A DNA stretch of 63,096 nucleotides, counting the filler. It is 14 parts of 14 records of this genome, joined end to end, with 100 filler letters (N's around TTAATTAATTAA, not from the genome) between each part and the next. Parts side by side here need not be neighbours in the genome. Positions count along the whole stretch, not along the records: positions 7,490 to 12,051 come from SRR7504441_22909; positions 12,152 to 15,920 come from SRR7504441_22939; positions 16,021 to 20,814 come from SRR7504441_22959; positions 20,915 to 24,432 come from SRR7504441_22968; 10 more parts are not named here. One strand, given 5' to 3'. Each line of letters begins with the position of its first letter. The stretch's first letter is position 1. The position numbers and the translations under genes are program-made. Below are positions 10,660 to 21,952 of the stretch, piece by piece. Below the pieces are notes generated by a model. The model was not told the origin of the DNA and did no database searches. It was given only the letters and a program-made list of their open reading frames with translations.

Positions 10660-11978
10660 ATGCTGTGCTGGCGGCGGCTCAACCCGCGCACTTTCGGGCT
10701 CGACCGGGCGGACAGGACCTGGGTGCAGCTGCAGCAGATGCTGCAGCAGCATTGCTCGGCTGCCTGCGCCGACCTGGCCGACGCCGACCCCGACAGCCAA
10801 CGCCTGGCCGGGCTGCTCGGGCGGCTCGCAGACGGTGCGGTGGCCGCTGCCAGCGACGCGGCCGAGCTGTGCTGGGCGCGGCTCGCGGAGGGGTGGTGCA
10901 GCCCAGCAGACAGCACTGATCCTGGTGCCAGGTGGCCGCACGTGGCCTGGCGAGAGGCGTATGTTCTGGCCAATCTGGCACTGGCGCACGCGGCGGTGGC
11001 GGCGGGGGCGTGGCCAGAGGCGATGCGGCGCACCGACATCTGCATCATCTTCGGGGCGCCATCCGAGGCCACTGCCGCATTCGTGGACACGATAGAGCCG
11101 CAGCTACGAGGGGCTCAGCCTGCGGTGGCGGTGCGGCTGGCCCCGCGGCAGCTACCTGAGGGCTGGGGCCGGATGCTTGGTCGGCGGGCGGCAGTGGCTG
11201 AGCACACCGGGAGCATGACAGTGGCGCAATTTAGGGCACAGCACTACCGGCCGGCCAAACCGGTGGTGATGCGACGGGCCGCAGCCCACTGGGAGGCGCT
11301 GGAGCGGTGGAGCGACCTCGGCTGGCTCCAGAGTCAATTCGGGCACAGGCTGGTACCGGTCGAGCTGGGCCGACACCGCCGAGGCGAGCCGTGGAGCGAG
11401 CAGTTGATGACGGTGGGCGAGTTCTGTGACCACTACCTAGCCAGGTCACCACCGGGTTCTCCAGAAGAGTGGCCGCCAGCTGAGCAGGTTGGGTACATAG
11501 CGCAACACCCTCTGATTGAGCAACTGCCGTTACTGCGCCGGCACTTTAAGACTCCGGCGCTGGTTAATGTGTCGCGGTTGGAGAAGGTAAACTGCTGGCT
11601 AGGGACTGCGGGCACCGTCACACCTCTGCACTTTGACTCGTACGATAACCTGCTAGTGCAGGCATGCCACATCCCAGTGCAGGATATGACCGGGCGTGGC
11701 AGGTCGTTGGGTTCAAATATGTTCAGCTGTTTGCACCCGATCAATCACAATACTTGCACATCAACAATGACCGGTCCGCTGCCAAGTCGACAACTGCACA
11801 GCAAAACATTTCGCCGGTCGATCCAGAGTCGCCGGACGCCACACGCTTTCCTCGATTTGCGGCAGCAGAAGGCACTGAGGTGATTCTTGCTCCTGGGGAC
11901 ATGCTATTCATGCCAAAGGGGCACTGGCACTATGTGAGATCACTGACTCCTTCGTTCTCAATCAATTTTTGGTTTTAA
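10660..11978 (+). CDS. KDM8: JmjC-domain protein, JMJD5/KDM8-like (GC-AG intron 11662-11702)
   Basis: [19 protein letters not shown]...[73 protein letters not shown]. Confidence 0.9.
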
Positions 11979-12736
11979 AGTTGTAATGACATTGTAGTAG
12001 TACAAGATTTCATGTATGTACACACATGATTGTATGATTGTACATACATGANNNNNNNNNNNNNNNNNNNNNNNNNNNNNNNNNNNNNNNNNNNNTTAAT
12101 TAATTAANNNNNNNNNNNNNNNNNNNNNNNNNNNNNNNNNNNNNNNNNNNNCATAGATATTCTATAATCATTCTAAATGACACTTGAGCTGTTCCCCAAT
12201 TGGGTTTGCATTTCCAGGAGAGCAAACAGTCGCCTTGGCAGCGTAGAGATGGTTCTTTTTATCTGAAAAGATGACTTCGCCCACCTGATCGGCAGCCGAG
12301 AGTGCTTTGATTGTGCACATAGCTATTTTAACCCTTGAGAATGGTACCCTCCCCGCTGCTGATCAAGAATTTCCCGAGCTAGTGCCGCCAGACACATGCT
12401 CTCCGTACTGCGCTTTACTCAGGAAGTGTTCTGCAGCACCAGAATCCTAAGTAGCACCATGACATGTACAGATTGTACACGCCCAGCCCGATATCGATTA
12501 GCGGCAGCACTCAATTTTCGCCGGACGGCGGAGCTCATCCATGGACAAATTATTTATTAAACTAACTTTAGTAAGTTTAGTTACAAGTAGTTTAACAAGG
12601 GGCGCGATGAGCGTCGGAGAAGCTGGTGATCGGGCTATGACCGGGCGCGGCAGTTGCCGCCCAGCGACTTAACAAGCACCTTCAGGAGAAGAGGCGCAAA
12701 CGCAAGGGAGCGGCCCGCCCTCGGCCTGACGCACTA

Positions 12737-13030
12737 GTGCTGCCACGGCTACAGCAGGCCGGGACCGGCACCGAGCAGAAGATTGTACCGCCCCGGGCTT
12801 TGAGCGAACAGTTGGCTCGAAAGGTCATGCAAAAGGCCGGGGTTCGCACAGGTCGAGAGGATGATACAATGGTTGTCACCTTAACAGGGCTGCAGGAGCG
12901 GTTTCCCACTCACCGCTTTACACGCTGGCTGTCTCAAAATCAGGAAGCGGCGCATGTCATGACCATTAGTGAACTTGCAGAAGCATGCCATAGATTCCTC
13001 CAAGATTGCAACACTCGCACTAAGTCCTGA
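12737..13030 (+). CDS. Small hypothetical protein, weakly TAF10/histone-fold-like; 5' exon structure unresolved
   Basis: PRALSEQLARKVMQKAGV...VMTISELAEAC loosely resembles TAF10 helices; followed by an AT/GTAC-rich 3' region. Confidence 0.3.
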   Translation: MLPRLQQAGTGTEQKIVPPRALSEQLARKVMQKAGVRTGREDDTMVVTLTGLQERFPTHRFTRWLSQNQEAAHVMTISELAEACHRFLQDCNTRTKS

Positions 13031-13254
13031 TAAATGACCGATTGTGCACTCGTACTCGTATGTACTGCGTATGTACCGTTACAATGACTACGAGTATGTA
13101 CATGTACGTATGTACAATCGTTCAGATGTCCCCACAATCATGTACGAGTACGGTACATTCATATTAATTGATTTGACAATCCGAGTCGCATTTCATTGTA
13201 CGGTACTTTCATTGTACAGTACAATATGATTGTATTCAAAAGCGTCACCGGTAC

Positions 13255-15410
13255 CTAGGGCCTATGGTGACCATGGCCAGAGCACTGCACCAAAGATTCA
13301 CGACAATACGAATGTTTCGTAGTTGAAACAACAGAGATTATAGATTGAGTGGTGCACGCGATCAGCAGCAATATTCCGAGAATGAGCAAGCAGAATGCAG
13401 GTAGGCGGTACCGATTCAGGTCCTGGACACACCGCAGTCTATTAATAAAGCAGTGACCAAGCGCAGCACCTCAGTAATGCCTCTCCTCTGGACTGGTTTG
13501 GACTGGCTCTGGCTAAGAATCACAGATAAAGATTCCGTCTCCTCTAGCCGCGGTGGGGCGTGAGCCTCGACAAATGTGGCCGAATCAGGTGTCGGCTCAC
13601 GTAGCCGGAGGTAACAGGCAGCGGGAGCGATGAACCTACACCACAGCCACCAGTCAGCCGCCAAAGTAACGGTGCAGCTCTCACCCGATTGTTATCGAGA
13701 CCGTGGATCCCAGGAAATTCCTGGCAACACACCCCGTCAATCCATTATGCATTCAGACTAGCCAGCGATCGGAAGCTTACCAAACAGTGACAACTGATGT
13801 GACTCGGGAGGCGATAAACGCAGCCGAAAAGACAATCAGAATCGACTCGATCAGCACAATGTACCACGGAAACTCCGGCTGCTTCCCCTTGCTGAGAAGG
13901 TTCTCTACACAAGCTCTGCACGGCCTCGTGATCAGAGGCAACGAGAAGATGAGCGAGCACGAAAGCCCGCACTGGCCGACAAGGATGAAACTGAACTTGT
14001 TGTGATCTGCAACCAAGCACTGGCATGCTGTATGCCCGAGTAGCCGCGCACCGTAATTCTTGAGTAGATTGTCACAGATCGTGTCACGAAACTCCAAGTA
14101 CCTTGTCACAACTCAGGCGCGAGCAGCGAGCAGCACACTCACGCGAACACTGATATGATGGCGTAAAACACCCACACGGAGGCCATCGTCACATAGATCA
14201 TCACCTTGAGCCGCTTGCGACTAGGCTCTCTCAGCGCCCGGTGCAGCGGCAGTACGTTGAAGTGGCACATGAAGGCGCACGACATGATCGAGATCGATTC
14301 TAGCAGACCGGAGAGGTCGTCTGGGAAGAGGCGGACCCTGTTGTACAGCTCGGGGTACAGCCAGGGGCCCTTGAACCAGCTGGGCTCCTGCACCGGCAGC
14401 TGAGCATGACGTGGCTCCTGTACTAGACTGTACTATACTATGCTGTACTGTACTATAATTATACTATCAAGTAATAGAATTACCCGATGCCCGAACTTGG
14501 ATTTGGAAGCCTCGATCGCTATGGCCACGCCCAGAGTGGAGATAGACATCATCGAGAGCAGGCTCGTATACCGCAGCGCTGAGATGTCCTGCGCGCCGTC
14601 GCTAATTAAACTGTTTTTGCACCAGACTGCGCACCTTAGGCAGCTGAGCCGGTAGCACCAGCGTGGCGCAGATAAAAATGACATAGAATCTGCCCGACCG
14701 GTCAGCCCGGCCCGCCCAGCGGCCCACCGCTTCTCGCTCTCCGAGGCTGTGCAGACCCAGCCAAAGCTGTCCTGAAGCGCGAGCACAAGCACAGGCACCA
14801 ACAGGTCCGCGAGCAGGATAAGGTATGCTATGGCCGCCAGGAAAGTGAGACAGAGCACCATTCCAGTCAGGCACAGCTTGGCGCACGGCCCGAACGCGGC
14901 GTACACCACGTCCTCATAGCTCTCGGCCGCGCAATTTGAAGTCTCGCCCCGCTTGCGCTTTGTCACCCGACGGGAGGACGAGAGCAGCAGCATGGCGCTG
15001 TAGGCCGACATGCCGGATATGGCCATCAGCAGGATGGGCGCGAGCACCACGCCGCACCGGTGACAGGTGTACGGCAGCGACAACACCCCGCCGCCGATCA
15101 CAGTGCAAATCAGGTTGAAAATGGACGACTTGACTGTCCCGTCCCGGCCCTCAGCCTCCTCCTCAGCGGTCTGGACCGCCTCAACGAACCCGTCCTCGGT
15201 CAGATTCCCGGCGCTCAGGTTGGGGGTCATGTGCCCGCTCGACCCAGAAGGGCTAAGTACCGATGGCCCGACCTGCCCAGTCCACAAGCGGCCCGCCTCG
15301 CTGTCCACCTTGGACAGGGACGGCGGGGTAGCGAACGGCGTATAGCTGCCACCGAACCGCTCAGACCTACCCAGGGCTAAGGCGCGGCACTCTGCCGGCG
15401 TGCTCCCCAT
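13255..15410 (-). CDS. Amino acid/auxin permease (AAAP/SLC38-like) transporter, multi-exon
   Basis: SSIFNLICTVIGGGVLSLPY, SYEDVVYAAFG, LRYTSLLS, SISIMSCAFMCHFNVLP; manual splicing gives W|NFLGSTVSITIG|FIAPAACYL and a final TM before TAG at 13255. Confidence 0.88.
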
Positions 15411-16022
15411 CCGGCTTGACCGCCCAAGCGCCGCCCCCCGCTCGCAGTGGCGTATCCAGGCAGGTGCACGTTACTATAAGATGTGACTCAGCGGCGCCGT
15501 GTGCGGGCTGCAGCTGCTGATTGGGCTGCTAGTGTGATCGGCCGGCGGGGCGTGGCCCGCGTGGGCCAGCACGTTGCCCTTGATGGCCCAGGCCGTCGCC
15601 CGGTGTCTCCCGGTGCCTCTGACACCGTGCCCCTCGAGACGTCGAGAACACCCGGTGGCCGCTCACGCGCTGCGAGGCCGAGGACTGTAATACATGTAAT
15701 CATGCAGGGTACAGGGTAGTGCAGGCGGTTGCTTTGGGGCTAATTGGACTCGCATTGGTGATCGGTGCCGGGTGGGGGCTTTTCGCGGTCGGTTGCCTCA
15801 ACGTCTGCTGTGTCATGTATTTCGGTGTGGACTGACTGCAGGGACCTCAAACCAGCCAACGTTCTAGTCCTCCCCAGACCCAGGACAAAAGCCTAGAGAT
15901 TGGGGTGTCTAGAGATGGGGNNNNNNNNNNNNNNNNNNNNNNNNNNNNNNNNNNNNNNNNNNNNTTAATTAATTAANNNNNNNNNNNNNNNNNNNNNNNN
16001 NNNNNNNNNNNNNNNNNNNNAG

Positions 16023-16151
16023 AGGTCGCTGTCCTCGTGCATGCAAGGTTGTGGCTGCACTGGCTACAAGAAGTGCTCAGTGTGCGGTCAGTGCACCAAA
16101 CCATGGAGTAAACAGTGCTTGTCCTGCAAGGATTGCGCGTGCAAGAAGTGA
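16023..16151 (+). CDS. Cys-rich C-terminal fragment of a truncated gene
   Basis: RSLSSCMQGCGCTGYKKCSVCGQCTKPWSKQCLSCKDCACKK* starts at the contig edge and is followed by an AT-rich 3' region. Confidence 0.45.
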   Translation, partial: RSLSSCMQGCGCTGYKKCSVCGQCTKPWSKQCLSCKDCACKK

Positions 16152-16401
16152 ATCGGTATAATGCGACGCAACCGCTTGCTAACTATGCTGCTAACTCGGC
16201 TAACTGTTTGAATTCTACAATCATATGATTCCGCCATTTACAGGCGATGTCGACAAAGATATGCACGCAATCAATGAACTAGTAGATGATTTCAATTGAT
16301 TATACTTGTACAATATAATTATAATTGTCGTGCACTCACCGCTAACTCGCCGCTCTCAACTGACACCACGATTGAGAGATAAACGCCGTGCTGCGGCAGG
16401 C

Positions 16402-16998
16402 TCAGGTATTGACCTCCTCCTTGCTCTCCCTGTCCTTTCGCGACTTGCAGCAGCCGCCGCCGCCGCCGCTCGACGTCTCTTTCTTGGCCGCGGCCGGCCG
16501 GATGTCTTGGCAATCGATCTTGTGCATCGGCCAGTGCTTCTGCTGGCACTGCCAGCCGCAGTAGAAAGCCTTCTTACAGGCCGAGCAACGCATCTCGGCG
16601 TCCATCCCGCACACCAGGCACACGCCCCCGGCCGCTGACGCCCGGCCCAGCGCCACCATCGAGCCCCGCAGGCCCGCCGCCGCCGACGACTCGGTGCCGC
16701 CGCCCCCCCCTCTAAACCACTTGCCGTCGGGCGGACTGGGCGGGGGCTCGGCCGCTTGCGCTGACGATTCAGCCACCGCCTGCCCCGCGGAGGCCGTCAC
16801 CCCGACCTGCTGTTGCTGGCTAAACCAGTTGGGCTGGAGGGTCCCGCTGGCCGTCCCGCCGGCGCCGGGTGCCGCATCGGCGGCGGGTGCCGCATCGGCG
16901 GCGCGAGAGTCGGTGAGCACAGGCTCCGGGTCCAGGCCGGGCTCGTGCAACGGCTGCGCCGGCGCCTCGCTCCGTTCGCAGCACGACGTCGCTCCCAT
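16402..16998 (-). CDS. MYND zinc-finger protein with putative acylated N-terminus
   Basis: CLVCGMDAEMRCSACKKAFYCGWQCQQKHWPMHKIDC is a MYND finger; N-terminus MGATSCC. Confidence 0.85.
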   Translation of the reverse strand: MGATSCCERSEAPAQPLHEPGLDPEPVLTDSRAADAAPAADAAPGAGGTASGTLQPNWFSQQQQVGVTASAGQAVAESSAQAAEPPPSPPDGKWFRGGGGGTESSAAAGLRGSMVALGRASAAGGVCLVCGMDAEMRCSACKKAFYCGWQCQQKHWPMHKIDCQDIRPAAAKKETSSGGGGGCCKSRKDRESKEEVNT

Positions 16999-17115
16999 AG
17001 ATCGCCCTCTGCGCCGGGTCGTGGCCCTCAAGTGGCCGGCGAGATGGCCGCCAACGGCGATAATAACGGACTCTTGACTCGAAGCCCGGACTCACCGACT
17101 GGCGAGTCGAGCACG

Positions 17116-20100
17116 ATGTTGGGATCTGCTCGTGCCGCGGGGCTGGTCTGCTATGCGCTGCTCATGGCTAGCTGCTCGGGCTCTTCGGTGCGCTCCTGCC
17201 GCACGCAGCTGCAGCCGGCCGACACCCCGCTGGTGACGGGCGTCCCGGCCGGTGCGGTGCGGCTCGGCTGGCAGCTGGCCGGAGCTCGGGCCACGCGTCA
17301 GTCCGGGTACCGGCTCGAGATCTCGGGCGGCAACGGCACCCTCGCCTGGCAAAGCGGCTGGGTGAGCTCGGACCGTCAGTCCGTCACGGTCCCGGCCCGG
17401 CTGGCGGATGACGCCAGCTACCGCTGGCGCGTGGAGGCACGGCTCTCAGACGGATCGGTCACCGGCTGGGGTTGCGGCCCGGCCAGTTTCGACACAGCCC
17501 CGGGCCCGGGCCAGTTCCCTGCGGCTGCCCGGTGGATCGGAGGCGGCGGACAGCTCCGGGCCAAGCGCGGGCTTATGCTGCCGGCAGGGGTGATCGCGCG
17601 GGCGAGGGCGTATGTCTCGGGGGTCGGGGCGTTCTACTTGTTTGTCAACGGCAGGCAGGTGGGGCCTAATCTGATGGATCCGCCGCAGACGGTGTATTCC
17701 AAGACAGTGCTGTATTCGAGCCTGGACCTTGGAGCGTTTTTGATCCCCGGCCAGCTCAACCATCTCGGTGCGCTGCTCGGACTGGTTAAATGGGGATACA
17801 CCGACCTTTGGTGCAACCTGACTGCGGCCGGCCCCGACGGCTGCAAGGCGCTCGTGCTCAGGGTGACTGTGGAGATGGCGGACGGCTCGATCCATGTGCT
17901 TGACACCAGCGACCCGAACGACTGGCAGGCCAGGCAGGGCCCCGTGCTCTATGACCATTTCTTTCATGGCGAGAGCTTCGACGCCACCGTGCCGTTCGAT
18001 TGGGCGGCCGATAGCGCTTTGAATGCAGATCCGGCACAAGCGTGGCGCCCGGCAAAGCTAGCCAATCCGATTGCGACAGCCCCGACTGGAATGCAAGTTG
18101 TTGGGCCTGACGGGGCTGCTGTGGCACTGGGGACGCTGAAACCAACCCAGTCGCCGCCGCTGCGGGTGACAAAGCGGTTCGCAGCCCAGTCAGTGACCCA
18201 GGTGCTCGCTCGAGACGTGGGGGAGGCGTTTGTGTATGACTTTGGGCAGAACATGGCAGGGATGGTCAACCTCCTGCTCCCGGCCAACCACGGCATACCT
18301 GCAGGGACCGTACTCAGGATTGAGCACGCCGAGATCGTCCAGGGCCGGAGCCGGGACATCGACGAGATGTGCAAGATCTGTCCCAAGTGTTCGTCGTGCT
18401 CGGGGGGAGGTGGGGGGGCAAGTGGGCCTGCAGGCCAGGGCAGCTGTGACAGCAGAGGCCAGGGCGCGGTGTGTGATACATACTGCCACAACCCTTCGCA
18501 AGACAAGGGTTCTGGCCAGCCGGACAACCACCCGCTCAGACACGAGCCTTGCTTCCCGCACCAGTCGTACAGCCCTGGGTTCCCTGCTGGGGCCCCGGCA
18601 GCGCACGACACCCCTTACACATTCATCGGCGACTTCAACAATGCCAACCAGACTAACCTATACACCGTGGCCGGCGACCCGGCCGGTGAGCAATACACTG
18701 CGTACTTCGCAGCCGCCGGTTTCCGTTACGCCCAGCTGTCCGGGCTACCGGCTGGCTTCAAGCCAGGCCTCTTGCTGCTCTCTGCTCTGCGGGTGCACAG
18801 CAACGTCCCTGTCGCGTCCAATCTCACACTGCCGCAGCTCAAGGGGACGCACTTCGGGACTCCAGATGTTTTGCAGCGGATTCATGAGATCACCACTGCT
18901 GCTCAGTCGAGTAACCTTTGGTCAATCCCAACAGACTGCCCACAGCGGGAGCGGCGGGGCTGGATGGGAGACGCGCAGTCGACTGCAGACGAGGCCAACA
19001 TGAACTTTGATATGCACGCGTTCTACGAAGAATTTCTCAATAAGATCCGCGACGACCAGGCACGGTACAACGGCAACCACCCGACCGACACGGGCGCGCT
19101 TGCGGACGTGGTGCCTTACGATGGAATCGGAGGCAACCCCGGGTGCCCAGTGTGGCAGGTGGCGTACATTGTGATTGCCCGACAGCTATGGAAGCATTAT
19201 GGGGAAGACGCACTGCCTTCGCTGAAAGAGCACTACCCCGGGCTACTCGGGCTGCTCGGGTGGTTCGACCGCCACGCCGATCCGTCTGACGGGTTGCTCA
19301 CCATCGCCTGTTACGGAGACTGGATGGGATTCAAGCCCTCGTCCGGCAACGGCGGAGGGTCGCCACTCACACCCGCGGGATCGGTCAGCTCGTTTTTCCA
19401 TGTTCTGGCTGTGCAGTACTTGTCAGAGATTGCCACTGCTCTTGGCAACACCGCCGACGCCCAAAGGTTTACCCAAAGGTTCCACAGAGGCCAAGCAGCC
19501 TACCATGCTCGCTATTACAACGCCACCGTCAGTGGCTACAGCCCGTGCACAGACCAATGCGAAGGCACCTCCTCGCGTGGCTCGCAGACTTCGAACGCGC
19601 TCGCACTTGCACTCGGTGCGCCGCCGACTGCTGAAATCCGGAAGGCAGTGCAGAAGAGCTTGGTTGACGATGTTGTCAAGTTTGGCCGCAGGGCTACAGT
19701 CGGAGTGACAGGGATGGCCTACCTGTTCGAGGCACTCGATGCTGGTGGCTTCTCGGGCACTGGCATTGACGTGCTCTTGAACGACGCCTATCCCAGCCTG
19801 GGCCACATGGTCCACCAAAATCAAACCACTTTGTGCGAGAACTATGCTGTAAGTCTGCCCAATAGCTGCCCTTTATTGAGCCGGTGGTGTAGTGCACTTT
19901 CCATGACGCCGGCGGCGGCTCCCAGAATCATATCATGCTCGGCGGCTTTGACGCGTGGCTGCTCTCTTCGGTAGGCGGGCTCGATTCGGCAGTGAATGGC
20001 TCCACTGGTGGGTGGCGTGACGTGATTGCCCGGGTGGCGCCTGGGGCCATCACCAAGCTCAAGAGCTCGACATACGTCAAGCGCACAAGGTTCGGGGATG

Positions 20101-20390
20101 TGAAGCTCGACTGGCGGTTTGACCAAACCAGCTCAAAAGTGCTGGCAAGCCTCACACTTCCGATCGGCTCTGCCGGGACTTTCCACGCGCCTATGTCGTT
20201 GGTGCGAGAAGATGGCACTAGGCTGCAGCTTCAGAGCTTGCGGGAGAGTGGCGTGGAGCTCTGGGCCGACCGTGCTGACCGCACGTTGCCAGCAGGCGTA
20301 GAGGCAGTTCGGGAGAGCCAGCTCGATCGGGAGCTTCTGACGAGCGTTGGCAGTGGTGGCTTCAGGTTTGAGGCGCGGTACTCGATGTGA
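17116..20390 (+). CDS. Secreted alpha-L-rhamnosidase, GH78 (intron 19849-19892)
   Basis: Signal peptide; ARARAYVSGVG, YDFGQNMAG, IPTDCPQRERRGWMGDA, YGDW; splicing restores TTLCENYA|CTFHDAGGGSQNHIMLGG. Confidence 0.92.
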
Positions 20391-20914
20391 CCAGACTCTA
20401 CATTAGGTGCGGCTTTACGAACCGAGTACTTAGCACTCCGGCCCAAACAATCTATATGATAGCAATATTTCTCGTAGCGAGCTGGACGTATGATTGTATA
20501 AATTTGTATTGGACTCTGGTAGGCAAGCTCACGCGCTGCCTACGCGCTGCCAGTACGCTCTTACATTAGGATCCCTGCGGCATGCGGCCTACTGCATCGG
20601 TACGAGCACGTACACCGCCTAATGTAGAGCAGGGATGGACGATCGGTAGAGTTAGCACGTTTATCATTGTAATGAACAACCTCCTCTTCACAAGAAATGT
20701 AGACCTGCAAGACAGCTTATGGAACGTCATATTCTTTAACTCACTCGAACTGGATTAGGCAGATGTAGAGATGGAATATCGGTAGAGTTAGCCAACTGGG
20801 TAGTTAATCTTTGTNNNNNNNNNNNNNNNNNNNNNNNNNNNNNNNNNNNNNNNNNNNNTTAATTAATTAANNNNNNNNNNNNNNNNNNNNNNNNNNNNNN
20901 NNNNNNNNNNNNNN

Positions 20915-21511
20915 TCCTCCTCCTCCTGTTGACGCTGCCGCTGCCTAATCCTGGCTGTTTGCTGCTCAGTTAGCCTCTGTTCATCCTGCTCGGTGCGTTC
21001 GTGCACCTTCTGGGCTGCCTGTTGCTCGCTATCACTCAGAGACTTCCTACGCTGCACGCTTCGGCTCATCACTGGCCTGCCGTTCACCATGGTAACCACT
21101 CGATTGTTCAGGTAGCTATCCCCGGCCGAGCTGCTGGGCTGCGAGTCGCGCTTTTTAATGTGGATCGCCACGCGGTCCGTTGCCGCACTGTCTCGCACGG
21201 TGGGGTCTGGTCTGCTCGAGTTCCGGCTGCGTCGCGGGGGGGTGGGAGCGCGCCGGGCCGTCACGGTGCTCGAGTTGATCCGGTACCTGTCCACGTTCGG
21301 CCCGAACGGGCCACCGTCCTTCAGCAGACGTGAAGCAGAACCTCCGCTGCCGAGCAGGACGAGTCAGGCCGGCGGGCGGGCCAACTCACTGGTTCTGGGT
21401 GATGACCAGCGCCTGCCGGATTTCCTCTTCCGACGGGTTGCCCAGCGCTGCACGCCGGTTGCATAGCGACCTGAACACCCCCTCGTCCACTGCGGTCTCG
21501 TTGCTCGCCAT
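20915..21511 (-). CDS. Hypothetical protein with N-terminal UBA-like helical motif (intron 21347-21389; 3' truncated)
   Basis: MASNETAVDEGVFRSLCNRRAALGNPSEEEIRQALVITQN-H-GGSASRLL continues into ORF 20863-21294 after splicing. Confidence 0.55.
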
Positions 21512-21654
21512 GGGCCCTGTGATCAGCGCACGCAGCCGGGCTGCTCAGCACCACGCAGTGGCCAGTGCAGGTGCGACAACGGCACGGTGAAGACCGGAAG
21601 ACAGTTGCGACAGTTGGCTCGGTGGCCGGCATGGAATGTGCCAGTCGGCCACCG

Positions 21655-21935
21655 CTGGTCGGGCTTGACCACGTGCTGGCCGATGAGCCCGACGCCTGGT
21701 CCGGCGCCTACTCTCACGATCAAGTCGGTCTGCTCAGCCTAGCCTAGTCGCCACCGGGGGAAGAGCTTGACCCGGCCCGGGCGTGGTAGCGACATTGAGT
21801 AGCGAGGTAGCCGCCGGGTCAGGCTCTTCCCGGGGTGGCGACTGGGCTGGGCTGAGCAGGCAGACTTGATCGTGAGAGTAGGCGCCGGACCGGTCGTCGG
21901 GCTCATCGGCCACCAAGTCGTCAAGCCCCGACCAG
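21655..21935. repeat. Long imperfect inverted repeat (arms 21655-21776 and 21813-21935, 36-nt loop)
   Basis: Left arm CTGGTCGGGCTTGAC...GGAAGAGCTTGACCCGGC matches the reverse complement of the right arm, with about 12 substitutions and 1 indel over ~122 nt. Confidence 0.95.
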
Positions 21936-21952
21936 TCTACCGACCAGCGGCG

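Noticed and set aside
12152-12545. Possible minus-strand gene start upstream of 12737
   Set aside because: I could not build a consistent spliced reading frame.
21655-21935. Hairpin as SRP (7SL) RNA
   Set aside because: The size is similar, but the arms are a simple near-perfect inversion and I cannot see Alu-domain or helix 6/8 GNRA features. An Rfam scan would settle it.
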